In this document: positions 25,420 through 33,551 of the stretch, in pieces
Layout of the letters: each line of letters starts with the position of its first letter
Numbering within the stretch: position 1 is the stretch's first letter
Assembly (NCBI GenBank): GCA_027624915.1
Contig: JAQBTR010000008.1
Span: 1-37,080 of the forward strand
Reading direction: 5' to 3'
DNA: 37,080 nt
Origin: a bacterium
Lineage (GTDB): Bacteria; Patescibacteriota; Minisyncoccia; Ryanbacterales; GWA2-47-10b
Made by a program: the position numbers and the translations under genes
Notes under the pieces: generated by a model
Database searches by the model: none
The model's input: only the letters and a program-made list of their open reading frames with translations
Told to the model about the DNA's origin: nothing

Positions 25420-27623
25420 TAACTTCGAGGACGTCCGTGTGGTCTACTCCCTCCACTACCATTACGTGGTGATGGGCGGCGTGCATTTTTTTCAGCGAGC
25501 CGTTTTTTAGTTTCCTCCTCACTCTCCGTAAGAGCAATGAGTGAAAGATTGACACGACCCTGACCGTCTACGTCTAAGATTTTTGCTTCAACGTCATCCC
25601 CTACACCTACTATATCTGTTACTTTGCCAACACGGAAGTTAGCAAGTTCGGATATGTGTATGAGACCTTCTTTTCGTGGTGCGAATTCAACCATTGCACC
25701 GAATTCAAGTACACGACTCACCTTACCTTTAACGGTCTCGCCTGCCTCATAGTCTTTTACAATAGCCTTGATTCGTTCGAGTGCCCGCTCTGCCCCATCA
25801 GCGTTATTTCCTGTAACAAAAACGTCTCCGGTCTGCTCAATGTCTACTTGAGCGCCTGTTTCATCAATGATTTCGTTAATAGTTTTACCCCCGGGTCCGA
25901 TAACGTCTCTAATTTTGTCTATTGGGATTTGGAGTTGAAGAATTCGTGGTGCGTACTGTGAAAGCTCCTTACGTGGTTCTGGTAGAGCTTCAAGTACGGT
26001 TTTCATTATATGAAGTCGAGCTGTCTTGGCGTCAGCCACTACATCTTTCAAAATATTAATTGTTACACCTTTTACCTTTACGTCCATTTGAACGGCTGTA
26101 ATTCCCTCGGTTGTACCCGCCGCCTTAAAGTCCATATCTCCATGGTGGTCTTCTGGGCCTTGGATATCGGTAAGAATTCTATAGTTGTCATCATTTTCCA
26201 TCATAAGACCCATAGCAATACCTGTTACGGGGCGCTTAATAGGAACACCTGCATCCATAAGGGCAAGGGTAGAAGCACAAACAGAACCCATAGATGATGA
26301 ACCGTTCGATGCCATGGTTTCAGATACCAATCGTATTGTGTATGGGAATTCGCTCTTGCTTGGTATTACAGCCTCCAGTGCTTTTTCTGCCAAAGCTCCG
26401 TGACCAATTTCACGTCGTCCAGGAGAACCCATACGACCAGTTTCACCTACTGAAAATGGCGGGAAGTTGTAGTGATGCATGAAATGTTTTTTTGTCTGCG
26501 CTGTCATTCCCTCAATCAAAAGGTCGTCTCCAGGAGATCCAAGGGTCACGATAGAAAGAATGTGCGTGTCGCCTCGGAAGAATAGGCCAGAGCCATGAGT
26601 TCGAGACAAAAGACCAGTATCGGCCAAGAGCGAACGAACCTCGTCTAGTTTACGACCATCTTGTCGTGAACTATCTTTAAGTGCATGTTCGTGAACAATG
26701 CCATTAATGATTTCCTCAAACATGTCAGAGCCAAGGCTCTTAGACAGGTCAGGAAACTGTTCGTGTGATGACTCCATCCACTCGTGTTTTAGATCGGATA
26801 GGGCATGTTTTTGTGTAGACTCTTTGGACTTGTGTTCAAACAGGATGTCTGCGAGTTTTGCTGAGTAATCTTTAACTAGTAAGTCGTTAGCTCCTTCGGG
26901 GATTTGTTCAATTTCTGGCATTCGTTTCTCGTCTCCTACTTCTTTTCGGAGCTCTTCTTGGAATATGTTGAGTTCGTTTATGTGTGCGAGGGAGGCTTTA
27001 ACTACTTCCATAAATGTGTCCTCAGGGATTTCTTTAGCCTTACCCTCAAGCATATTTATGTAGCCATTGCCGCCAGATACAACAAGATCCAGAGTAGAAT
27101 TTGCTCGCTCCTCGCCGGTTGGGTTAAATAGAGTCTTTCCATCAACGATGACTGCTCGAACAGCGCTCACAGGACCACCCCAAGGGATGTCAGAAGTATG
27201 AAGAGCTAAAGAACCTGCCATGATAGCTAAAACATCCGGGCTATTTTCTGGGTCTAGTGAAAGCGTAAGTGCTGTCACTTGAATGTCGTGACGCATTTTT
27301 TTATCAAAAAGCGGACGAATAGTACGGTCAATTAAACGACCTGTAAGCACCGCCTCTTCTGATGGACGACCCTCACGACGCATAAAGCGAGAACCGAGGA
27401 TACGACCCGCTGCATAAAATCTTTCTTCGTAATCTACCTTGAGTGGAAAATAATCAATCGTTGTATTTGGTGCTGGAGACATGACTGATGTCCCAAGGAT
27501 AGTTGTCCCCCCCATAGATACCATTACCGATCCATGAGCCTGATGAGCAATTGAGTTAAACTCTACTTTAATTGTCTTGCCACCGATCTCTTTTTCAAAA
27601 ACCTTTCGTTCTAATTTATTCAT
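25419..27623 (-). CDS. pnp: polynucleotide phosphorylase
   Basis: 734 aa with two RNase PH domains plus KH and S1 domains and an RG-rich C-terminus; N-terminus MNKLERKVFEKEIGGKTIKVE. Confidence 0.95.
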   Translation of the reverse strand: MNKLERKVFEKEIGGKTIKVEFNSIAHQAHGSVMVSMGGTTILGTSVMSPAPNTTIDYFPLKVDYEERFYAAGRILGSRFMRREGRPSEEAVLTGRLIDRTIRPLFDKKMRHDIQVTALTLSLDPENSPDVLAIMAGSLALHTSDIPWGGPVSAVRAVIVDGKTLFNPTGEERANSTLDLVVSGGNGYINMLEGKAKEIPEDTFMEVVKASLAHINELNIFQEELRKEVGDEKRMPEIEQIPEGANDLLVKDYSAKLADILFEHKSKESTQKHALSDLKHEWMESSHEQFPDLSKSLGSDMFEEIINGIVHEHALKDSSRQDGRKLDEVRSLLADTGLLSRTHGSGLFFRGDTHILSIVTLGSPGDDLLIEGMTAQTKKHFMHHYNFPPFSVGETGRMGSPGRREIGHGALAEKALEAVIPSKSEFPYTIRLVSETMASNGSSSMGSVCASTLALMDAGVPIKRPVTGIAMGLMMENDDNYRILTDIQGPEDHHGDMDFKAAGTTEGITAVQMDVKVKGVTINILKDVVADAKTARLHIMKTVLEALPEPRKELSQYAPRILQLQIPIDKIRDVIGPGGKTINEIIDETGAQVDIEQTGDVFVTGNNADGAERALERIKAIVKDYEAGETVKGKVSRVLEFGAMVEFAPRKEGLIHISELANFRVGKVTDIVGVGDDVEAKILDVDGQGRVNLSLIALTESEEETKKRLAEKNARRPSPRNGSGGSRPHGRPRS

Positions 27624-27680
27624 AATAATTGTATCGAGAGTTTTATTCTCGTATGGTGTACCGTTCGTAGCGTACCACTA

Positions 27681-28196
27681 CTAATTACGGATTTTTAGAG
27701 TATATTTTCTTGGGTTTTCACCAAGGTCTACAAACTCATCTACCGACTCTTTGAGTTTGCCCGAAGTACTTTTGCCGAATGAAAGAACCTCTACACGTCG
27801 GCCGTTATTCTTCAGATATTCTACAAGAGGCACAAAGTCACCATCGCCCGAAACGATGATAACGACATCAACAATTTCTGCAGTTCTAATTGCATCAACT
27901 GCGATACCGACATCCCAGTCAGCTTTTTTTGCTCCCCCAAAGAATTCCTGAAGGTCTTTGGCGCGCGTTTCAATACCTAATTTTGTGAGTGCTTCCAAGA
28001 AGGGTTTTTCCTCCCCTGTCTTAGTCGTAATCACATACCCGAACGCTCTTACTAGCTTACGCCCCGCGGTCGCGGTATTCAAGATCTCCTTAAAATTAAC
28101 ACGCGCGCCAAAAAGACTACGTGCTGAGTGATAGAGATTTTGTGCGTCAATAAAGACCGCTACTCGCTGGTCTTTATGCTGTGCTAGGTTGGGCAT
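27681..28196 (-). CDS. NYN-domain (LabA/PIN-like) protein
   Basis: RVAVFIDAQNLYHS ... DVGIAVDAI ... VVIIVSGDGDFVPLVEYL are the acidic-residue motifs of NYN/LabA nucleases. Start taken at MPNLAQH to avoid overlap with rpsO. Confidence 0.8.
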   Translation of the reverse strand: MPNLAQHKDQRVAVFIDAQNLYHSARSLFGARVNFKEILNTATAGRKLVRAFGYVITTKTGEEKPFLEALTKLGIETRAKDLQEFFGGAKKADWDVGIAVDAIRTAEIVDVVIIVSGDGDFVPLVEYLKNNGRRVEVLSFGKSTSGKLKESVDEFVDLGENPRKYTLKIRN

Positions 28197-28206
28197 AACC
28201 AAACTC

Positions 28207-28473
28207 TTATTTCTTGATACCAAACTTCTTCTGTAGAGTAGAAAGCTGTTTTGTATCTCCCTTAGAAAGATATTCGAGAAGACTCTTTCGCTTGGCTACC
28301 ATTTTGAGTAGGCCTCTGCGTGAGTGATTATCTTTTCGGTATTTCTTTAGGTGTGCTGCTAATTGCTCAATCTGTTTTGAAATAATAGCAATTTGGACAG
28401 CCGAAGAACCAGTATCTGTATCGTGAATCTGGTTTTTCTCGATGACCTTTTTCTTTGACGCTGTTTTAAGCAT
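28207..28473 (-). CDS. rpsO: 30S ribosomal protein S15
   Basis: 88 aa; DTGSSAVQIAIISKQIEQLAAHLKKYRKDNHSRRGLLKMV is the canonical S15 core. Confidence 0.92.
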   Translation of the reverse strand: MLKTASKKKVIEKNQIHDTDTGSSAVQIAIISKQIEQLAAHLKKYRKDNHSRRGLLKMVAKRKSLLEYLSKGDTKQLSTLQKKFGIKK

Positions 28474-28572
28474 GGGAGGATTATAGCAACTAAAAACTCA
28501 AAAGTCAAGCCAGGAAACCCTTTATTTATAACAAATATGCATAGATAAGATTGTGCGACATGGTACAATTGG

Positions 28573-29463
28573 GTGGTGAGCATAGATAAGGCATTACGGG
28601 AATTTTTAGAGGATTTGGAGCTCGAAAAGGGCAGAAGTCAAAAAACGATTCAAAACTATGAGCATTATTTGGCGCGGTTCTTTCGTGAGGCCAAAATAAA
28701 GAAGCCTTCGGACATAACTGACGCGCGAGTACGCGAATTTAGGCTCAAATTAAATCGAACAGGACTTGGGGCTAAGACGCGAAACTATCACTTGATAGCT
28801 TTGCGCATGTTTTTAAAATATTTGGTGAAACGCGAAATTCTCTCACTCGCACCTGATCGCATTGAGCTTGCGAAACTTCCAGATCGAGACATAGATATCC
28901 CCCCATCTGAAGATCTTGATAGACTTTTAAAAGCACCAGATACAAATACGCTTCAAGGACTACGGGACCGTGCAATATTGGAAATGCTTTTTTCTACGGG
29001 TCTTCGCGTGTCAGAACTCACCTCTCTTGATTGTGACACCATCGATTTTTCACGAGACGAATTTTCTATACGCGGTAAGGGTAGCAAGGTGCGAATTGTT
29101 TTTTTGTCTCCTGACGCCAAGCAGGCATGTCAGGCATACACAAAAAAACGAGAGGACGTTGGGGAGGCGCTTTTTGTTGGCACGCAGAAAAAGAATCAGT
29201 CACGACTTACAACCAGGCAAGTCGAACGACTCGTAGCGCGCTATGCCGTTAAATCAGGAATCCCCGGCAAGGTAACTCCACATACACTACGACATATGTT
29301 TGCGACCGATCTTTTGATGAACGGTGCTGACATTAGGTCAGTTCAGGTATTGCTTGGTCACTCATCAATAACAACAACACAAATATATACTCACATGACA
29401 GACCGCCAGTTGCGGGATGTTCACAAGGCGTTTCATGGGAAGAGGAGACGAAAAACAAGTTAG
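28573..29463 (+). CDS. tyrosine site-specific recombinase, XerC/XerD family
   Basis: 296 aa with an N-terminal core-binding domain and catalytic R...HxxR...Y (LRHMFATDLL ... TQIYTHM). GTG start 4-7 nt after an extended -10 (TGgTACAAT), so possibly leaderless. Confidence 0.85.
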   Translation: MVSIDKALREFLEDLELEKGRSQKTIQNYEHYLARFFREAKIKKPSDITDARVREFRLKLNRTGLGAKTRNYHLIALRMFLKYLVKREILSLAPDRIELAKLPDRDIDIPPSEDLDRLLKAPDTNTLQGLRDRAILEMLFSTGLRVSELTSLDCDTIDFSRDEFSIRGKGSKVRIVFLSPDAKQACQAYTKKREDVGEALFVGTQKKNQSRLTTRQVERLVARYAVKSGIPGKVTPHTLRHMFATDLLMNGADIRSVQVLLGHSSITTTQIYTHMTDRQLRDVHKAFHGKRRRKTS

Positions 29464-29535
29464 GGAAATATCCACGATCTAATCCAGATGGTTATTATAT
29501 AAACCGCTCAATCAGAAGCTTATATTTCCCTAACT
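29458..29535. repeat. 14-bp inverted repeat (AGTTAGGGAAATAT / ATATTTCCCTAACT) flanking a 50-bp spacer at the xer stop codon
   Basis: Read directly; the arms are perfect reverse complements. Confidence 0.5.
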
Positions 29536-29657
29536 TGTTTTTCTTGGAGTGACGCGACTCAATAAAAAATGAAAAAGTAAATGGTTTTTATTTTGTGAGG
29601 GCGAAAACAAATTAAGAAATAATTTGAAGCAGAAAAACTCTACATTTCATTCTTCAT

Positions 29658-29695
29658 AATTTCCTTAACTATGATGCATCGTAGTTAAGGAAATT
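29658..29695. repeat. 38-bp near-perfect palindrome AATTTCCTTAACTA-TGATGCATCG-TAGTTAAGGAAATT (dif- or att-like candidate)
   Basis: 14-bp perfect arms around a palindromic 8-bp core GATGCATC with one T/G asymmetry. It lies at the boundary between AT-rich backbone and the GC-rich island. Confidence 0.5.
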
Positions 29696-29740
29696 GTAAA
29701 TCTATAAAGGGGATATCTATTTTTTAAAAAATGAAACGGG

Positions 29741-29763
29741 CCCCGATGAAGCTGGGGCCCGAG
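29741..29763 (-). terminator. GC hairpin (GGGCCCC-n9-GGGGCCC) followed on the minus strand by a T-rich tract
   Basis: Preceded on the plus strand by TTTTTTAAAAAATGAAAC; terminator for the 29879-30115 gene. Confidence 0.45.
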
Positions 29764-29878
29764 ACGGTGTGCTACCCACTGGGTTAGCATCCGGCTTTAC
29801 GTGAGCGAATTTTGGTCGCTCGTTATTCAATTTTTTTGTACGCTGCTCAAAAGAGTCAGCGTCGGGGGTTTGGGTGGA

Positions 29879-30115
29879 TCAGTGGGTGCAGAGAACGCGC
29901 TCGGCTTCGCGGACGTCTTCCGGGTTGATGTTGTGCTCACGGAGCACGACCTCAGCGGCGCGAACGGGGTTGTCGATTCCCATCGCGAGACACCGGAGAT
30001 TCCAGTGAGTCGAGACGAGCATGCCGTCCCGATCCCGTGGATGCATCCGCAGGATGTTCACGGCGGTCTCGACGCACGTACGCTCTCGGCCTCGGATACC
30101 CTGAGAAATGGTCAT
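29879..30115 (-). CDS. small hypothetical protein (78 aa) in the GC-rich island
   Basis: SD AGGGAG 9 nt before the ATG (MTISQGIRG...); about 60% GC. The overlapping plus-strand ORF was judged a shadow ORF. Confidence 0.4.
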   Translation of the reverse strand: MTISQGIRGRERTCVETAVNILRMHPRDRDGMLVSTHWNLRCLAMGIDNPVRAAEVVLREHNINPEDVREAERVLCTH

Positions 30116-30237
30116 TCCACTATTCTCCCTATGACGTTTTGGTGTCGCCCCCTGCGACACGTCAGAAACTACTAAAAAGCATTATAGCACAAGGGTTTTC
30201 AGCCGTCAAGCTCTGTAGCTGAAAATCCTTACCAGGC

Positions 30238-30266
30238 TTGACATTTAGATATATTTATGATATAAT
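30238..30266 (+). promoter_or_regulatory. perfect-consensus sigma70 promoter TTGACA-17-TATAAT
   Basis: TTGACA at 30238-30243, a 17-nt spacer, TATAAT at 30261-30266. It precedes a roughly 110-nt 5' UTR holding two hairpins (CTTTGACT...AGTCAAAG; AGCCGC-GAAA-GCGGCT) before the SPFH gene. Confidence 0.6.
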
Positions 30267-30384
30267 CCTGTCAGGTTAATACGGTATGTTCTTTGACTCG
30301 TCCTATAAGTCAAAGTGGAAATTAAAACCAAAAACGTAGCCGCGAAAGCGGCTCAAAAACAACGAAAGGAACAGGTAGAAGATA

Positions 30385-31527
30385 ATGAGTATGGGAATGC
30401 AGGTCGCATTAACGATTCTCACAATCTATGCCCTCTTTCTTCTGGTGGCTGGCGTCGGCATAGCGCTTCTCATGCACTATGCCGATGACGAACTCAAGAA
30501 GATTCGAGATCTTCTCCATACGGCAGTGGTCACGATTCGTTTGAAGGGCGTCGTGTTTCTCGTTCAAGAGAATCACTCGATTGTCTTTCGGAACGTATGG
30601 GCGACTGATATCGGTCACCTCGCAGGCTGGGTCTCTAAGACCATCGGAACGCGCGGGATCGCCAAACCTCTCTGTAGAAGAGAGAAGTGCCCTTATGAGG
30701 GCACAGATGCATGCACTGATGAACACCACCTAGGACTCGGCCCTCTCAAGTATAAGATTAGAGCCCCTGTCTATCTCACCGGCCCACAGCAGGGTCGTCC
30801 AGGGTCGGTCAAGCAGTCTACCTACAACGAGATTGCTGCCGGCACGACGAGGCAGTACAGAGGTTACAAGATCAAGCGCGAGGGGTATCGATTCTGGGTG
30901 CCGTCAGTGTGGCAGGATCTCTTCGACGTTGTGAACATGCGTCCCGTGTCGGTTTCGGTCGACCGGGATTACGAGTTCAACACTGGAGATAACCAGGAGG
31001 TTCTCATTAAGTTCCGGTACGTGTCGCAGGTTATCGACCCAATCGCTTTTCAAGTAAGGGTCGGTAATGATCAGCGCGCGGCCTGGGAGAAGGAGCAGGT
31101 CATCTCAATGATTCAGCAGATGACCAACGCCTACACGGCCGATCAGTTGACTGGCGCTGACGATGTTCAGCTCGGTTCGCTCGGTCAGATGCTTGCGGAG
31201 GTGTACAACTTCTTCATGATGGCCTACGGGCTTCAGGTTTCCGTAATTCAGATTCTTCAGATCTCACCGCCAACCGTAATCGCAGAGCGTGCAGCCCATG
31301 TACGTGCGGCTCAGCTTGCACGGAAAGCGGCGAAAGCCGAGGGTGAGAGGATCAGGGAGATCGTCGATATCACGGGCGCAACGCCCGATGAAGTCGTGCG
31401 CGCCATCAGCTATCAGAATATGGTCAACCAGGGTTCTACCACGTTCATCAGGGTCGCGGAAGCGATTAAGGATGAGTTTGCGGCGGGACGCCGAGAGGCC
31501 AAGAAAGCAAAGGAGAAGGCAGCATGA
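30385..31527 (+). CDS. SPFH/band-7 (stomatin/HflK-like) domain membrane protein with a Cys-containing insertion
   Basis: N-terminal TM, then SPFH-like segments (VVFLVQENHSIVFRNV ... GLQVSVIQILQISPPTVIAERAAHVRAAQLARKAAKAEGERI) and a coiled-coil tail. The roughly 90-aa insertion contains CRREKCPYEGTDAC. Confidence 0.55.
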   Translation: MSMGMQVALTILTIYALFLLVAGVGIALLMHYADDELKKIRDLLHTAVVTIRLKGVVFLVQENHSIVFRNVWATDIGHLAGWVSKTIGTRGIAKPLCRREKCPYEGTDACTDEHHLGLGPLKYKIRAPVYLTGPQQGRPGSVKQSTYNEIAAGTTRQYRGYKIKREGYRFWVPSVWQDLFDVVNMRPVSVSVDRDYEFNTGDNQEVLIKFRYVSQVIDPIAFQVRVGNDQRAAWEKEQVISMIQQMTNAYTADQLTGADDVQLGSLGQMLAEVYNFFMMAYGLQVSVIQILQISPPTVIAERAAHVRAAQLARKAAKAEGERIREIVDITGATPDEVVRAISYQNMVNQGSTTFIRVAEAIKDEFAAGRREAKKAKEKAA

Positions 31528-32996
31528 CCAAGGTCAAGAATTTCTTCAACGTAACCGGCAGGTTTTTACTTCGGTACCCCCTGCTGGTTGGATTCCTCGT
31601 AGTACTTCCGTTCCTCTTCGCCCTTGTATATGCCACCTGGGGTGGCATCGGGGCGGTCTTCTCGGGGGGTGCTGGCACTGGGCCTGTACCTATCCCCACG
31701 AGAGTTCTCACCTCGCTTGAGTGGGGCTGGATGGTGGCACACGTCGCCCTCTTTGCCCTCTTCTACTGTGTGTATCGTCACCGTCCATCACCCCCTGAGA
31801 AGGAATTCGATAAGGATGGTGAGCCGAGGCTTCATTACCTCGGTACAGATGGTTGGGAGCTTCGAAACGAGTACTGCCGGAAAATCCGTGAGACTCTCAA
31901 CATCCTCGTTGGATATTTCATCATCCTCTGGGCGGTGGAGCTATCCTCGTGGCCGATCAGTTCGTTCTGGCTGCCACGATGGCCGGTCGCCACAGCATGG
32001 ATCCTCATCACTCCGCTCGTTGCGGGAGGATTCCTTTCCTACTACGTCGACTGGACGAAGTCGTCTAGTCGACGAGCCCTTTGGGCATTCTATGCAGTAG
32101 CGTCCGTGATTTTTGCTCTGTCCCTCACCTTCGGGTGGATGGATGCACAAGATCCTGTCGCTGAAACACTGCGTCAGACCAAAGGCGAAATTCTCGAAGC
32201 AAGGTTAACTCCTTTAGAGGAAAAAGCCGAGCTCCTTCGTGAAGCATGGCGCGCAGGTTTCATCACTGAAGATGAGGCCGTAGAAAAGATCGCGAAGCTT
32301 CGCGAGATTCACCAGAGCGCCGAAAAGAAGTTCGGCAACCCCAACCCGCTTGCGGATGTTGTGGTTCCTGAGGCAGAAAAAGTCCTCGGCAAAGGTGGCG
32401 AATACATTGGCGGCGAGTTTTCCGAATTCTTCGGACCCTTCGTCAATGCCACCCCGTCGGAGTATCGGTACCTATGGTTTAACCCTTTCTTCTGGGGCCT
32501 TCTGATCATCGCTATCGCGGTCTTCGCGAAACTGGCGACCCGGTATGAAGGTGTTCGTACATTCATCGCGTGGATGACATTCCTTGCGGTCTGCCTTGTT
32601 CTTATCATCGTGTTTACAGCAGCTCATGAGCCAGGTGGACTCGCTCGGTTCAGCTCGGAGAAACAGACAGAGACACGAACAGATGCCGACTCTGTTGCCT
32701 TGTTCAGTCATCATCGAACCTTCGACATCAAGTCGGGAGATCGTATCCGAGTTTGGCCGAAAAATCATCCAAGGCCAAACATCACCGGAGGTGACGGGAT
32801 GTGGTATGTAACGTATGCCGCAGGGTCAACGATTCTCGGCTTCGAAATGTACCGATCGGGTGGCATGGTCGTTCAGGCTGGCACCGTTTCCGGGCCAGCA
32901 CAACTTCCAAACAATTTTTACGAGATGGATTTGGTGGCACAGAAAGGCGCTGTCAGATTCACTCTCCACTGCAATGGCTGTACCTACAGCCAATAG
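31524..32996 (+). CDS. polytopic membrane protein (about 8 TM) with a C-terminal soluble beta-rich domain; SPFH operon partner (NfeD-like role is speculative)
   Basis: ATGA overlap with the SPFH gene, many hydrophobic helices, and a C-terminal domain (FDIKSGDRIRVWPKNHPRP...). Confidence 0.5.
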   Translation: MTKVKNFFNVTGRFLLRYPLLVGFLVVLPFLFALVYATWGGIGAVFSGGAGTGPVPIPTRVLTSLEWGWMVAHVALFALFYCVYRHRPSPPEKEFDKDGEPRLHYLGTDGWELRNEYCRKIRETLNILVGYFIILWAVELSSWPISSFWLPRWPVATAWILITPLVAGGFLSYYVDWTKSSSRRALWAFYAVASVIFALSLTFGWMDAQDPVAETLRQTKGEILEARLTPLEEKAELLREAWRAGFITEDEAVEKIAKLREIHQSAEKKFGNPNPLADVVVPEAEKVLGKGGEYIGGEFSEFFGPFVNATPSEYRYLWFNPFFWGLLIIAIAVFAKLATRYEGVRTFIAWMTFLAVCLVLIIVFTAAHEPGGLARFSSEKQTETRTDADSVALFSHHRTFDIKSGDRIRVWPKNHPRPNITGGDGMWYVTYAAGSTILGFEMYRSGGMVVQAGTVSGPAQLPNNFYEMDLVAQKGAVRFTLHCNGCTYSQ

Positions 32997-33014
32997 GAGG
33001 ACGAGGGACTACAT

Positions 33015-33047
33015 GGGGCGTTGCGCCAAGTCGCAACGCCCCTTTTT
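33015..33047 (+). terminator. rho-independent terminator ending the SPFH operon
   Basis: GGGGCGTTGC-n8-GCAACGCCCC followed by TTTTT. Confidence 0.8.
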
Positions 33048-33124
33048 CATACCCAAAATTTTTTCGATAAAAGACTACCCATGAGGTATAATTTATGATA
33101 AAGTCGGTTCTACGGTTTTATTAA

Positions 33125-33196
33125 AGCGCTCGTGGTGAAATGGATATCACGACTGGCTTCGGACCAGTTGTTGGGGGTTCGAGTCCCTCCGAGCGC
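33125..33196 (+). tRNA. tRNA-Arg (anticodon TCG), no encoded CCA
   Basis: Manual cloverleaf: acceptor GCGCTCG/CGAGCGC, D-stem GTGA/TCAC, anticodon stem ACTGG/CCAGT with loop CTTCGGA, T-arm GGGGG-TTCGAGT-CCCTC, discriminator A. Confidence 0.75.
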
Positions 33197-33243
33197 ACAA
33201 CAATTAAAATAGCCGGTATTAATACCGGCTATTTTAATTGTTG
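33196..33243. terminator. 48-bp perfect palindrome (22-bp arms) acting as a bidirectional terminator after tRNA-Arg
   Basis: ACAACAATTAAAATAGCCGGTA...TACCGGCTATTTTAATTGTTGT followed by a T-rich tract. Confidence 0.6.
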
Positions 33244-33316
33244 TTTATTGCGGGACTCGAAGGGATTTTCTCGCCATTGGTTCAAGAGAAAATCCCCGGG
33301 CGAGCTGATGGAGCGA

Positions 33317-33333
33317 GCGAGTCCCTCCGAGCG
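33317..33333 (+). repeat. 17-nt exact direct repeat of the tRNA-Arg 3' end (CGAGTCCCTCCGAGCGC); att-like scar
   Basis: Identical to 33179-33195. No complete tRNA can be folded around the second copy. Confidence 0.6.
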
Positions 33334-33466
33334 CCATTTATGCATAATTGTAAGGAGTGCAACAACTATACAATTAGCGACTCCTGACCAAGCCCCCCGA
33401 GTCCTTACAACAACACTTGAAAACTTGCTACAATACTATAGAATTACAAGCTATTAAGAATTAGAC

Positions 33467-33539
33467 CCGCCTATAGCTCAGTTGGTAGAGCAGTCGCCTC
33501 TTAAGCGAACGGTCCTAGGTTCGAGCCCTAGTAGGCGGA
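33467..33539 (+). tRNA. tRNA-Lys (anticodon CTT), no encoded CCA
   Basis: Acceptor CCGCCTA/TAGGCGG, D-arm GCTC-AGTTGGTA-GAGC, anticodon loop CTCTTAA, T-arm CTAGG-TTCGAGC-CCTAG. Confidence 0.8.
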
Positions 33540-33551
33540 CAAATAACACTA

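Noticed and set aside
29801-30175. 124-aa plus-strand ORF in the GC-rich island
   Set aside because: It overlaps the minus-strand 78-aa gene, which has a proper SD (AGGGAG-9-ATG), and has no start signal of its own. It is a GC-rich shadow frame.
31289-32811. Multiple overlapping ORFs on both strands (for example 31289-31720, 31624-32100, 32309-32608)
   Set aside because: They fall inside the SPFH and 490-aa membrane-protein genes. They are Arg/Ser/Pro-rich, typical of out-of-frame translation of GC-rich coding DNA.
33249-33334. A second tRNA-like gene ending in the duplicated CGAGCGC
   Set aside because: No 5' strand able to pair with the acceptor 3' strand (GCGCTCG absent; GCGGGAC mismatches), and the T-arm is poor. 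It is treated as an att-like partial duplication rather than a tRNA.
33140-33457. 105-aa ORF
   Set aside because: It runs across tRNA-Arg, the 48-bp palindrome and hairpins, so it is non-coding.
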